Of a stretch of 64,000 nt of DNA, positions 39,849-50,231 are shown in pieces; position 1 is the stretch's first letter; every line of letters begins with the position of its first letter. A program made the position numbers and the translations under genes. The DNA lies in contig CAWCKJ010000004.1 in assembly GCA_963796105.1 (NCBI GenBank), positions 1,024,001-1,088,000 of the forward strand. The letters are read 5' to 3'. The notes beneath the pieces were generated by a model. It was given only the letters and a program-made list of their open reading frames with translations. It did not search any database and was not told the origin of the DNA. This stretch comes from a candidate division FCPU426 bacterium (GTDB lineage: Bacteria > Oederibacteriota > Muellerivitia > Muellerivitales > Muellerivitaceae).

Positions 39849-40538
39849 TTAAAACGAGGGATCGGCGTATGCCCTCAATTCTTTTTCCCTTAAAAGGGTC
39901 GCCACCCGGCTTTTATTCAACGCGATCAAGCCCTTGCTTTCCAGCTTGGAAAAAGCCCGTGAAACCACTTCCCGGACCGAGCCCACCCGCGCGGCGATGA
40001 CGGTGTTGGAGGGAAGCCGCAGTTTGATTTTTTTCTTTTCGATGTAGCCCCGGCCCTTGAATTCCTGGATCAGGTAGCTCGCCAAGCGCTGGTCCACCTC
40101 CCGGAGCGAGAGGGATTCTACGAGTGCCGCCGTCTTCCTCAAACGGGCGGATAAGATCCTCAAGGCCGTCAAGGCGATCCCCGGATGCTCCAGGCAAAGG
40201 CGCCTCACGTCCCGCTTGTCGATAAACAGGATCTCGCTGTCCTCCTCCGCCACAACCGTGGAAGGGTAGGGACGGCCGTCGAAAACGGGGATTTCCGCGA
40301 TGGTGCTTCCGGTCTTCTCCACGTGGATCACCTGCTCGCGGCCCTCGGTGTTTTCCCGAATGGCTTTCAAGCAGCCCCGCACGATCACGTAAAGGCCTTT
40401 GGCCTCCTCGCCGGAAACAAACAGGGTTTCCCCTACCTTGAGTCTTTTTTCCACGCAGCACCCGGCCAAGGCTTTTCTCTCCCCCTCGGCAAGGGAGCCG
40501 AAAAGCTCGGTTTTCCCCAGGGCTTCGACCTTATCCAT
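39849..40538 (-). CDS. Crp/Fnr-family transcriptional regulator (no Fe-S Cys cluster)
   Basis: cNMP-like domain (LF..GE, GREQ, AE.P.FDG..YP), HTH IAARVGSVREVVSRAF. Confidence 0.93.
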   Translation of the reverse strand: MDKVEALGKTELFGSLAEGERKALAGCCVEKRLKVGETLFVSGEEAKGLYVIVRGCLKAIRENTEGREQVIHVEKTGSTIAEIPVFDGRPYPSTVVAEEDSEILFIDKRDVRRLCLEHPGIALTALRILSARLRKTAALVESLSLREVDQRLASYLIQEFKGRGYIEKKKIKLRLPSNTVIAARVGSVREVVSRAFSKLESKGLIALNKSRVATLLREKELRAYADPSF

Positions 40539-40639
40539 GGACGCATCATATCCATCCCCGGCTGGGGGCTCAAGACCGGGGTCAGAGGCCTGGAGTTCAA
40601 CTGCCCTTATGACTAAGATCATGGGTTACCGGATAAGGG

Positions 40640-41236
40640 ATGCCTAAAATGAAACAAATTAAGTTTTATAGGGGGGCTGGATTGAAATCGGAAAAGAAAC
40701 TGGAAGAAACCACCCGATGGAAGAACAAATCCATTGGGGAGATTATCGACTTCATCTTAATAAACCACCACGCGTACACCCGTAAGCAGATGAAACGCCT
40801 CCTGGGTTTTTCTGGGAAATCAGTCAAAGCCTATGGGACGAAACATCCCGAACTTCTTCAACTGCACATGATTTTAATGGAAATGAGCGAGGAACTGGAA
40901 GGGCACATGAGCCGGGAGGAAAAAGAGGTATTTCCTTTTTTGAATAAATTGGCCCAAACCACCGGAAAGGCGAGGAAAAAGGCCGAGCCTCCCCCCAACC
41001 GGAAGGCCGGGGACCGTTTGATCCATATCCTGATGTGGGAACACGGCATGACCGGCGAGGAATGGCTGGAAATACACAGGCTCACCAAGGATTTCAACAC
41101 CCCCCCCGACGCCGGAACACCCTACAAATCGCTATACCGGGGGCTGAAGGAAATGGAGGACGACCTCCACCAGCACATCCACATTGAGAACAACGTGCTG
41201 TTCCACCGGATCGTGGAGATGGGATTTTTAAATTGA
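40640..41236 (+). CDS. Ric/YtfE-like di-iron hemerythrin protein lacking the ScdA_N domain
   Basis: HHAY.R, HM.REE..VFP, MWEH, DLHQHIHIENNVLF. Confidence 0.85.
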   Translation: MPKMKQIKFYRGAGLKSEKKLEETTRWKNKSIGEIIDFILINHHAYTRKQMKRLLGFSGKSVKAYGTKHPELLQLHMILMEMSEELEGHMSREEKEVFPFLNKLAQTTGKARKKAEPPPNRKAGDRLIHILMWEHGMTGEEWLEIHRLTKDFNTPPDAGTPYKSLYRGLKEMEDDLHQHIHIENNVLFHRIVEMGFLN

Positions 41237-41464
41237 TTTTTTAAATTCAAGTTTTATCACATGCCGATCTAACATTAATCTTTTAGGTAGGTCGGTATAG
41301 TGCCGATTTCAACGTCTGTCTTATGGTGTATCGGCACAGGGGCACAGAAACCCAGCTAAACAAACCGAACTTATGAAATATAAGTATTGTTTTTACCTCT
41401 AAGGAATAAAAAAATTTAAGTTTTCTGAAAAAGGGGAGGGAAGCTGAATTACAGGTGACGACTG

Positions 41465-42316
41465 ATGAGTCATAAAACCCATAGGGACTTGAGGGGCCTG
41501 TCTCCCGGCGAGCGGTACCAAACAATCCTTCAAGCTTTCGAAAGCCTGAAACCGGGGGACGCTTTTGAGATGGTGACGGAGCATGATCCTGAGACCTTGC
41601 GGTACCAGCTTCAAAAGGAAAAACCACGGCAGTTCCGTTGGGAATGCGATAAAAGGGGCCAAGAAACCTGGAAGACCACCATTGTGAGGGTTCCGGAAGG
41701 CATGGGAGAGGTCGGGGACGGCGGTCCTATTCCCCAGCCCAAGGTCCAAGAAAAACCGGATTGGGTCAAGAGCCTCAATCCTTCATGCGGCATTTACCTC
41801 GATGTGCGTCCCATGGTTGAAAAAGAGCTGGAACCCTTCCAAGTCATTTTGAAGACCCTCAAGGAGTTGAAGCCGGGCCAGCACTTTCAACTGGTGGACT
41901 CCTTGGAGTCGGAAGCCCTTTACCCCGTATTAGGCAGGATGGGTTTCATCCATTACACTGAATTCCAGGATGGGGCCTGGAACTGCTATTTCAAGAAAGC
42001 CCCGGAAATGGAAGAGACGGCCCATGAGAATGCCGAAACCGCCGGATCCGGGACTCTTTTCAACAAGATGATGGGAGTCCAGCCGAGGTTGGAGCTGGAT
42101 GTCCGGAACCTTCAGCCCCCTTTGCCTCTCATGAAAATCCTGGAAAACCTGCCGGCCATAGCCGAAAAGGGCGTGCTTTTGGTGCACCACCAGAAGGAAC
42201 CCCTGCAGCTCATGGATAAACTCCGGGAGAGCGGGTTCGAGGCGGTCAGCCGGAAACTTGGGGAGACCCACTACCAAATCCTGGTTTGGAAAAAATATCG
42301 ACCCATTCCCCGTTGA
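41465..42316 (+). CDS. DUF2249 repeat protein (three TusA-like domains)
   Basis: DLR.L.P.ER..I..AF..LKPG..HDP; LDVRP..EPF..I; LDVR.L.PP.P. Confidence 0.85.
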   Translation: MSHKTHRDLRGLSPGERYQTILQAFESLKPGDAFEMVTEHDPETLRYQLQKEKPRQFRWECDKRGQETWKTTIVRVPEGMGEVGDGGPIPQPKVQEKPDWVKSLNPSCGIYLDVRPMVEKELEPFQVILKTLKELKPGQHFQLVDSLESEALYPVLGRMGFIHYTEFQDGAWNCYFKKAPEMEETAHENAETAGSGTLFNKMMGVQPRLELDVRNLQPPLPLMKILENLPAIAEKGVLLVHHQKEPLQLMDKLRESGFEAVSRKLGETHYQILVWKKYRPIPR

Positions 42317-42734
42317 ATGGGGAAATCCCCAGGGAAAATCGTTAATTATCCGCCTTCGCCTGAACACCCGCCTTCACTGAGGCTGGGGAGGACAGGCCCC
42401 GGTCTTCGCCCTACGCTAAAGCTACAGGCGACAGGTGGCCGGGGATGAATGGCTGAAGTAAGGGCTACGGTGGATTCCGCATGCGTATTGTCGGCGGATA
42501 CCCACCAAAGCCGCCTTTCCTCTGAAGCCTTGCGAAAGAGGATGGCGGAGGTGGGTCGATATAGGTACCACGGGCTTGCCCTTGGGGCTCCATCCCGCCG
42601 AAGAACTCACCCATCCCATCCTTGTTTTTCCAGGGAATAAGGGCCTTATTTTTCTCGTAATTTATGACCATAGTCATGCAAGCCCCAGATGGGTCCTCCC
42701 ATAATAAAATCGATATTCAAAGGGGAGATGAGAC

Positions 42735-43463
42735 ATGAGGAAAGATTCCATGATTACGAAAGCCAAGAAAAAGAATGTTTTCCGGGACAGGGAGGAATCG
42801 GCCAGGGGGCTTTGCGAGAAGATGATGAACTACCGGAGCTTGCATCCCCTGGTCCTGGCGTTAAACCCCGAGGCTGTAGGCATGGGGAGGCTGGTGGCCC
42901 ATTATTTGAAGGGCGACCTGGATGTGATACTCTCCCAGCCCCTTTACTCCCGCGAGAATCCTCTGGCCCAAGCGGGGGCGGTCAGCGAAAAGGGAGCCTT
43001 TTACCAGAATCAAGTAAAAGCCGGCTCCAGGACCGCGGGGTCTTATTGCGAGGAAGAGGCCCAGCAAGGGATTCGGAACATGGAACAAAGGCGCAAGGTT
43101 TTCACGCCGGGGAAACCCCCGCGGAGCGCCCATTACCGCGTCGTGATCCTGGTGAGCGACGGAATGGCGGCGCAATGCGTCCTGATAGCGGCCCTGCGGC
43201 AAGTGGACTCTGAGCACCCGGCCAAAATCGTGGTTGCCACGGCGGCGGCCACGCCGGAAACCCTGGAATTTCTTAGGCAGGAAGCCGAGGAGTCTTTCGT
43301 GCTGATGGTGAAACCCGAGGCGGAAACCCTAAGGGATTTATACGAGAAGGCCGCCCCCATCGAGGATGAGGAAGTCGCTCATATCCTCGAAAATCCCCAG
43401 CCTATCCTGGAGCCAAGCCGGATTTTCCGCGCGGATTCCATGGATATCAACCTGGAAGATTAA
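42735..43463 (+). CDS. Phosphoribosyltransferase-like protein with degenerate PRPP loop
   Basis: F.DR.E.A..L, VILVSDGMAA (consensus VDDG.ATG), KIVVA. Confidence 0.7.
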   Translation: MRKDSMITKAKKKNVFRDREESARGLCEKMMNYRSLHPLVLALNPEAVGMGRLVAHYLKGDLDVILSQPLYSRENPLAQAGAVSEKGAFYQNQVKAGSRTAGSYCEEEAQQGIRNMEQRRKVFTPGKPPRSAHYRVVILVSDGMAAQCVLIAALRQVDSEHPAKIVVATAAATPETLEFLRQEAEESFVLMVKPEAETLRDLYEKAAPIEDEEVAHILENPQPILEPSRIFRADSMDINLED

Positions 43464-43620
43464 TAACCAAAAAAATCAAATTAACCACAGGTTTCTTCGA
43501 AACCACAAGGGCTCAGTAAAAAAACTTCAAAAAATATTTTAACATTTTTGTTCAGTACGCTGCCGAGGCCCTGTCATTCGCTGCGGTGCGAAGGGTCCGG
43601 TGGTTAAATCTTTTTTCGGT

Positions 43621-44193
43621 TTAAGCCCCGAACCTGGCGCCAGCCTCGGTCCAATCGATGGCCTTCAGGAAGGCTTGCACGTAATCGGGCTTGGCCAATC
43701 CGTAATCCACCATGTAGGCGTGCTCGAACACGTCTCCCAGAAGAACAGGTATGGAGCCAGCGGGATAACCCGTGTCATGCTCGTTGATCCAGACGTTGAA
43801 GAGTTTTTTCCCGACCGGGTCGTAGGTGAGTGCCGCCCAGCCGATTCCTCTCATGCCGCAAACGGCCGCGAAGGCCTTTTTCCAATTCTCCACCGAGCCG
43901 AAATCCGCCTTGATCTGGTCTGCCAATTTTCCCGAGGGCTCCGGCTGTTTAGGGGTCTTGGTCATGTTCGAGAAGTAAAGCTCGTGCAGCCTCATGCCGT
44001 TGAACTCCCATCCGAACCTCCGCTTCAGCTCCGCGAAGCCCGGAGTGCCGGCTTCGGCCTTCTCCAATAGCTCCACGACCTTGTTCACGTTGGCCACATA
44101 ACCCTCATAAAGCTTGAAATGGTTCTTCAGCAAGGTCTCGCTGAAACCGGGCGTCCCGATCAGACTGGTAAAATCCTTTGGCTGGTAAGGCAT
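43621..44193 (-). CDS. Fe/Mn superoxide dismutase family protein
   Basis: NHFKLY.GYV, LHELYF, DVFEHAY: all four metal ligands present. Confidence 0.9.
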   Translation of the reverse strand: MPYQPKDFTSLIGTPGFSETLLKNHFKLYEGYVANVNKVVELLEKAEAGTPGFAELKRRFGWEFNGMRLHELYFSNMTKTPKQPEPSGKLADQIKADFGSVENWKKAFAAVCGMRGIGWAALTYDPVGKKLFNVWINEHDTGYPAGSIPVLLGDVFEHAYMVDYGLAKPDYVQAFLKAIDWTEAGARFGA

Positions 44194-44591
44194 GTTTCGT
44201 CTCCTTGGTCAATATTTGATACAACTGATAAAGCCTTTTCGGCAAAAAAGAAAGGGGTGAAAGGCAAATAGTTTGAAATTTCCCCGGATTGGGGGATTCC
44301 CGATTAACCTTTCCTATATATGGGGTGTTTAAAACAAGAATTTACACAATATACCGGTTTTACATAGTGGTGCATCGCACCGTAGTGAATGGTCGTTAAT
44401 AGTTTAAACCCATAAAATTTTAAGGTTTTTCTTTACTGTGCCTTAGTGGTTCCGAAGGAACCTGTGGTGGATTAGGTTTTTTTTATGTCTCTATTTTCCC
44501 GAAGGGTTACTAAACGGTTGATTCCCGGGCCAAAGATGGATACCGTGACATTCTCCCCGGCATGAGGGGAAATCCAAGCTTCGTGGAGTCT

Positions 44592-45338
44592 ATGACATCG
44601 ACTTTTCTATATATAGTCTTGAGCGTCACGGTGGTGAGCCTTCTCTCGCTCATCGGCGTGTCCCTTTTCTCGCTCGGGCACAACGCCTTGCATCAGATCG
44701 TCTCTTTCCTTGTGGCTTTGGCCATCGGGGCTCTTTTCGGGGATAGTTTCCTGCATCTTCTTCCGGAGGCTTACGCCAAGCCGTCCGCCTCATTGAGTAC
44801 GCCCTTATACGTCATTGGCGGAATCTTGCTTTTTTTTATCCTGGAGAATTTCCTGCAATGGCGGCACCAGCACTCGGATGAGGACCAGGAAATCCACCCG
44901 GTGGGCTACTTGAACCTCGTGGCGGACATGGCCCACAACTACATCGACGGGCTCATCATCGGAGCCTCCTTCCTGGCGGGAACCAAACTGGGGATCGCAA
45001 CCTCATTGGCTGTCATGCTCCATGAGATCCCGCACGAGTTCAGCAATTTCGGGATCCTGGTGATGTCCGGCTTCAGCAGGGGAAGGGCCCTTTTCCTGAA
45101 CTTCATGACGGCCTTGACGGCCGTGGCGGGGGGGCTCACGGCCTATTGGGTGGGTTCGAACTTGGATGGCTTTATGCAGGCCTTGATTCCCATCACCGCT
45201 GGAAGTTTTATTTATATCGCCGGTTCCGACCTGGTGCCCCAGCTCCATAAAAACGTGAAGTCCCTCAGGGCGTTGCTACAAATCTTGGCCATCCTCGCGG
45301 GAGTGGCAATCATGTATTTGCTGAAGGTGTACGAGTAA
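44592..45338 (+). CDS. ZIP-family metal transporter
   Basis: HLLPEA, HN.IDG, HEIPHE, GSFIYIA.SDL.P. Confidence 0.93.
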   Translation: MTSTFLYIVLSVTVVSLLSLIGVSLFSLGHNALHQIVSFLVALAIGALFGDSFLHLLPEAYAKPSASLSTPLYVIGGILLFFILENFLQWRHQHSDEDQEIHPVGYLNLVADMAHNYIDGLIIGASFLAGTKLGIATSLAVMLHEIPHEFSNFGILVMSGFSRGRALFLNFMTALTAVAGGLTAYWVGSNLDGFMQALIPITAGSFIYIAGSDLVPQLHKNVKSLRALLQILAILAGVAIMYLLKVYE

Positions 45339-45355
45339 AGATATCCAAACTGTGG

Positions 45356-46459
45356 CTATTGTTTTGATATAGCCGCTTTCGATTCCTTCCAAAGCTGGTT
45401 CAAGGCTTCCCACAGGCTTTTCCTTGTGGCCAAGGGGAAGGGGTTACCCGGAGGCAAACCTTTCATCAAGCGACGGTGCGCCTCACCCAGGCTGTGGTAT
45501 GGCATGCCAGGGAACAAATGATGTGTGGCATGGAACCTCAAACCAACAGGTGCCCAAAGGGGAGTAGTGAGAAAATTGCCGGGGATGTCGTTGGAGTCCA
45601 GGAACTGCTCGCTGAATTCCATTTCATGGGCCGGTGGGTTGCGGTAGCAATGGGCTACCAGTGTCCGGACCCCGTTGGTGACCAGGATAAACATCGCGGC
45701 CAGGTACCAGAACAAGAGAACCTTCCAGGGAAGGATTCCCAGAATCATCAATAAAAGACCCGAGGCGGAGTAGGCAAAGGTCATGAATTCCTGGGTCCAC
45801 CACAGGTATTTTTCTCCGGCGGAAGGCTCGGGCCTTTTGTAGCCGGATCCGACCGCAAGTGACGAGGCCAATTCCCAAAGGGGTTTCCGGAGAGGTTGGA
45901 TGACATAGGAGAGGGGGGTGAGAATCGAAAACCGGACCAGGAAAATGGTCGGCGCCAGAAACATGCTTAAAAGGAATAATGGAATCCGGTAAGGCTTGGA
46001 TATCGCGAAGGGGAAATATTCCTTATCGTCCTTCGTGCCGTAGAGGCTCTGTTTGTGGTGATCGATATGGATCCCCATATAAAGCAAGGATGGGACCATC
46101 AAGGGAAAGCCGCATAAGAGGTTCCAAACGGCATGAAAAAACCGGAAGGTCCCTTTCTTTAAATGGGTGAGTTCATGTATAAAAAGCACCGCCCGGTAAA
46201 GGTATAAGCCCGCGATCAGGAAAGAAACTATTTGCAATGGAGAAAACGCGGGGGCCTTGATGGCTACGATCAAAGCTGCCCATCCCAGTAGATCGTGAAA
46301 AAGGAAATCAGGCCAGTAAATGTAAGATTTGGCCTCGAATAGGTCCCTGCAAAGGCCTTTTGCCTCGGCCATGGGAAAGATTGCGGTTTTTTCTGGCATG
46401 ACTTTATTCGCGAGAGTAGCGTTCAAAACAATTGCTCCTTGAGGACTGCTATTTACCAA
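45356..46459 (-). CDS. Membrane fatty acid desaturase family protein
   Basis: His boxes HELTH, HIDHH, HATHH; start uncertain. Confidence 0.85.
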   Translation of the reverse strand: MVNSSPQGAIVLNATLANKVMPEKTAIFPMAEAKGLCRDLFEAKSYIYWPDFLFHDLLGWAALIVAIKAPAFSPLQIVSFLIAGLYLYRAVLFIHELTHLKKGTFRFFHAVWNLLCGFPLMVPSLLYMGIHIDHHKQSLYGTKDDKEYFPFAISKPYRIPLFLLSMFLAPTIFLVRFSILTPLSYVIQPLRKPLWELASSLAVGSGYKRPEPSAGEKYLWWTQEFMTFAYSASGLLLMILGILPWKVLLFWYLAAMFILVTNGVRTLVAHCYRNPPAHEMEFSEQFLDSNDIPGNFLTTPLWAPVGLRFHATHHLFPGMPYHSLGEAHRRLMKGLPPGNPFPLATRKSLWEALNQLWKESKAAISKQ

Positions 46460-46705
46460 AAACAGAAGCCTGTTTTCAAGAAGTTACCTGATGGGAATTA
46501 GGTTCCTTTTGGGGGGTTTTGATGGAATAAGGATTAAATTCCAGTCCTGAAAATGTCCAAAATGGGGCGTACATGCCCGTATGGTTTGTCGGACGTTTTT
46601 AAACCTCAAAGTTGTCAAAAAAATAATGTTATTTGGTAAGATTGAAAGCCGTCTTCATTCTTTTTATTCTTTAATTGAAGCGATTAAGGGGAGGCTTCAT
46701 TTTAA

Positions 46706-47497
46706 ATGAGTCATATTAAAACCGTCTTTTTTCCTCTCACTTTCATCTCATGCAATCTTCTCTTCGCCCAAAATGGGCCCTGGTTCCCTCCGAACGCGTC
46801 CCTGGAAGGCGGCCGCATCGATAAACTGGTGATCTTTTCCTTCTGGGTGACAGGCTGTTTCTTCGCGGTGGTGGTTCTCGCCATGATCTTTTTCACCTTC
46901 CGCTACCGCAACAGGGAAGGCCACAAGGCCTTCTACACCCACGGCACCGGCATGGTAGAGCGGCTCATCACCTTCGCGCTGGCTGCCACTGTCTTCGGGG
47001 TCATCGACATGAACGTTATCCACCGCTCCAACGAGGACTACGACAACCTGCTCGGGAAGAACCTCGATAAGTCCAAGGCCCTCCGGGTCGAAGTGCAGGG
47101 CCGGCAGTTCGAGTGGCGCATCCGCTACTCCGCCGACAACCGGCACTTCGGGACGCCCCAGGACATCACGACCCTCAACCAACTGCACCTGCCCGTGAAC
47201 CGGCCCATCCTCGTGCAGGTCACCTCGGCCGACGTCATCCACAGTTTCTACCTCCCCAATTTCAGGGTGCGGCAGGACGTGGTCCCGGGCCTGGTATCCC
47301 AGCTCGGCTTCCAGGCGGTTCAGAAGGGCCCCTTTACCCTGGCCTGCTCGGAACTTTGCGGCCTGGGCCATTACCGTATGAAGGGCTACGTGACGGTGGA
47401 GGATGAGGCGGATTTCGAGAAGTTCCTGGCAGACGCGGCTAAAAACACGGATAAGGATCCGGCTAACAACTGGGGCTGGGCTTGGGAGGATCGATGA
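46706..47497 (+). CDS. coxB: Cytochrome c oxidase subunit II
   Basis: DVIHSF and CuA motif CSELCGLGHYRM. Confidence 0.95.
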   Translation: MSHIKTVFFPLTFISCNLLFAQNGPWFPPNASLEGGRIDKLVIFSFWVTGCFFAVVVLAMIFFTFRYRNREGHKAFYTHGTGMVERLITFALAATVFGVIDMNVIHRSNEDYDNLLGKNLDKSKALRVEVQGRQFEWRIRYSADNRHFGTPQDITTLNQLHLPVNRPILVQVTSADVIHSFYLPNFRVRQDVVPGLVSQLGFQAVQKGPFTLACSELCGLGHYRMKGYVTVEDEADFEKFLADAAKNTDKDPANNWGWAWEDR

Positions 47498-49212
47498 TGG
47501 ATGAACAATACCTTCATGAGGCGCCGACGAATTTCATAACGAAGTATGTTTTCTCAATGGACCACAAGGTGATCGGGCGCCAGTTCCTTTTTTACGGCCT
47601 GTTTTTCCTGCTGTTGGGGGGAATCATGGCCTACCTGATCCGCTGGCAGCTAGCCTATCCCTGGACGCCCGCGCCGGTTTTCGGCAGGCTTTTCTTCCCC
47701 TCCTCGGGTGGGGCCGTCACCCCTGAAATCTACACCACCCTCATCACACTTCACGGGACCATCATGATCTTTTTCGCCATCACCCCCATCGTGATCGGGG
47801 CCTTCGGCAATTTCCTGATACCCCTGCAGTGCGGGGCCAGGGACATGGCATTCCCAATTTTAAACATGCTTTCCTTCTGGCTCATGCCCATCGCGGGAGC
47901 CTTCCTGATGGTGGCTTTTTTCTCCGAGCAGGCCGCCGCCGCGGGTTGGACAGGATACCCTCCCTTGAGTTCATCCGCCTACACACCCGGGGCGGGAGAG
48001 AGCGCCTGGGCCTTGAGCCTCATTTTCCTGGGGACCTCCTCCATTATGGGAGGCATCAACTACGTCACCACCGTCCTGAACCTCAGGGCCAGGGGTCTTT
48101 CAATTTGGAAGCTCCCTTTAACCATTTGGGGATTATTCCTCACCGCAGTCCTGAACTTGGCCTTCGTCCCGGTCATCGCCATTGGATTGGTAATGCTGCT
48201 CTTTGACCGTACCTACGGCACCCACTTTTTCACCGGGGTGGCCATCACCGGCGAGCAGGCTGGCCAGCCCCTTTTATACCAGCACATCTTCTGGGCCTTC
48301 GGGCACCCCGAGGTTTACATCCTTATACTTCCGGTGTGGGGGATGGTTTCCGATATTCTCTCCGTTTTCTCGCGGAAGCCCGCTTTCGGCTACAGGCTAA
48401 CGGCGCTTTCCATGCTCACTATCACCCTCCTGAGCGCGGTGGTTTGGGGCCACCACATGTTCATCTCCGGCATGAGCCCGGCCCTGGGGAAAGCCTTCCA
48501 ATCCCTCACGATGCTTATCTCGATCCCCTCCTCCATCTTTTTCTTCAACTGGCTGGCCACGATGTGGCGGGGCAACCTGAAGTTCGCCACTCCCATGCTT
48601 TACGCCATGGGAGTTATCTTTGTTTTCGCCATTGGCGGGCTAACCGGAATCCTGCTGGCCTCCCGCACGATGGACATCTACCTTCACGGAAGCTATTTTG
48701 TGGTGGCCCACTTCCATTTCACCATGGCCATGTCGGTATTCCTGGGGTCCTTCGCGGCGATTTATTTCTGGTACCCGAAATTATTCGGCAGGGAGATGAA
48801 CGAGACTCTCGGGAAAATCCATTTCTGGATCACTTTTGTCTCGGTCAACGTGGTGTTCCTGGTCATGTTTAGGGTCGGGCTCGCGGGATTGATGCGGCGC
48901 GTGGCGGACCCCACGGCCTATGAGGTTTTCAAGCCCCTCCAGCCCTTGAACCAGGTCATCACCTACGGCGTGATCGTCCTGGGGATTTCACAGCTTATCT
49001 TCATCTGGAACTTCTTTTACAGCATGTCCCGCGGCAAAAAAGCTGCGGAAAACCCCTGGAACGCCGCGACTTTGGAATGGACGGTTCCATCCCCGCCGCC
49101 GCATGAGAATTTCCCGGGTGAATTGCCGGTGGTTTACAACGGACCCCATGAGTACGGCAACCCCCTGGCCCAGGGGAAAGACTTCCTTCTTCAGACTGAA
49201 AAGGCGGGATAA
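47494..49212 (+). CDS. coxA: Cytochrome c oxidase subunit I, type A1
   Basis: DHK.IG, HGT.M, FGHPEVY, WGHHM, VVAHFH. Confidence 0.97.
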   Translation: MMDEQYLHEAPTNFITKYVFSMDHKVIGRQFLFYGLFFLLLGGIMAYLIRWQLAYPWTPAPVFGRLFFPSSGGAVTPEIYTTLITLHGTIMIFFAITPIVIGAFGNFLIPLQCGARDMAFPILNMLSFWLMPIAGAFLMVAFFSEQAAAAGWTGYPPLSSSAYTPGAGESAWALSLIFLGTSSIMGGINYVTTVLNLRARGLSIWKLPLTIWGLFLTAVLNLAFVPVIAIGLVMLLFDRTYGTHFFTGVAITGEQAGQPLLYQHIFWAFGHPEVYILILPVWGMVSDILSVFSRKPAFGYRLTALSMLTITLLSAVVWGHHMFISGMSPALGKAFQSLTMLISIPSSIFFFNWLATMWRGNLKFATPMLYAMGVIFVFAIGGLTGILLASRTMDIYLHGSYFVVAHFHFTMAMSVFLGSFAAIYFWYPKLFGREMNETLGKIHFWITFVSVNVVFLVMFRVGLAGLMRRVADPTAYEVFKPLQPLNQVITYGVIVLGISQLIFIWNFFYSMSRGKKAAENPWNAATLEWTVPSPPPHENFPGELPVVYNGPHEYGNPLAQGKDFLLQTEKAG

Positions 49213-49273
49213 AAAGGTTCCAGCCTGTTAGGCCGGGATTTTAGGTGGTAATGTTAATTTAAAAGGGGAAACA

Positions 49274-49861
49274 ATGAGCGCGGACGCGTCGGTTTATCCA
49301 AACACTTCCACTGGCGTGCCTTCCGCCAGGCTGGGGATGATCATCTTCCTGGCCTCCGAGGTCATGATGTTCGCCACCCTCATCGCGGGCTACCTGGTAT
49401 TGAGGTCCAGCCAAACACTCTGGCCCCCCCAGGGGCAGCCTGCTTTGAACGTCCCCATGACCGCCATCAATACCTTCTTCCTGGTTTCCAGCAGTTTCAC
49501 CCTTCATTTCGCGGAAAAGTTCTACGGCCAAAGATCCCTGGGGAAATTTCTCGGCTTTCTCGGCGCGTCGATCCTCCTGGGTGTTCTTTTCCTTTCCATC
49601 CAGGCCTATGAATACAGCCGCCTGGTCGCGGAGGGTTTAAGCCTTTCCTCCAGCACCTACGGCTCGGTGTTTTTCACACTGACGGGTTTCCACGGGTTCC
49701 ACGTCCTGGTGGGGATCACGCTCATGAACATCGTTTTCTGGCGCGCGAACTCGAGGAACCTGACCACCGCCAGCCACGCCTTTGTGGAGAATGTCGGGTT
49801 ATACTGGCATTTCGTGGATATCGTTTGGATCGTGCTTTTCTCAATGCTTTACCTTTGGTGA
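49274..49861 (+). CDS. coxC: Cytochrome c oxidase subunit III
   Basis: FLASE.M.F, TGFHG.HV, YWHFVD.VW. Confidence 0.95.
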   Translation: MSADASVYPNTSTGVPSARLGMIIFLASEVMMFATLIAGYLVLRSSQTLWPPQGQPALNVPMTAINTFFLVSSSFTLHFAEKFYGQRSLGKFLGFLGASILLGVLFLSIQAYEYSRLVAEGLSLSSSTYGSVFFTLTGFHGFHVLVGITLMNIVFWRANSRNLTTASHAFVENVGLYWHFVDIVWIVLFSMLYLW

Positions 49862-49865
49862 GAAC

Positions 49866-50099
49866 ATGAAAAACTGGGCTTGCGGAATCTTTTCTTACCT
49901 GGCCTTGGCCGCGGTGAAGGTTTATGCCTGCCCCCTTTGCGCGGAAGGTTTGCGCCGGGTCAATAACGGCAAGCTGATCCAAGGCTATTTCTTCGCCTAT
50001 GGAATCCTGGTCCTGGTTCCTGTTGGAATCGTGGGAACGATCGCCTGGATCCTGCTCAGGGCGCATTCCCGAAAGATGCTCGCGCATCCCCCGCGTTAG
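49866..50099 (+). CDS. Small membrane protein with ACPLC motif, last gene of the cox operon
   Basis: ATG 4 nt after the coxC stop; signal-like segment, CxxC, one TM. Confidence 0.6.
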   Translation: MKNWACGIFSYLALAAVKVYACPLCAEGLRRVNNGKLIQGYFFAYGILVLVPVGIVGTIAWILLRAHSRKMLAHPPR

Positions 50100-50231
50100 G
50101 TTTCTTAAGCTTTTCCCAGCCGCCGATTTTTATTCCCCCAACCATGACTTTTGTCACATCCTCCAAAGATCATTTCATTAAAAATAAATACTCCCACAGG
50201 TATGTGGGGTTTTGTTTGAAAAGGAATAAAC

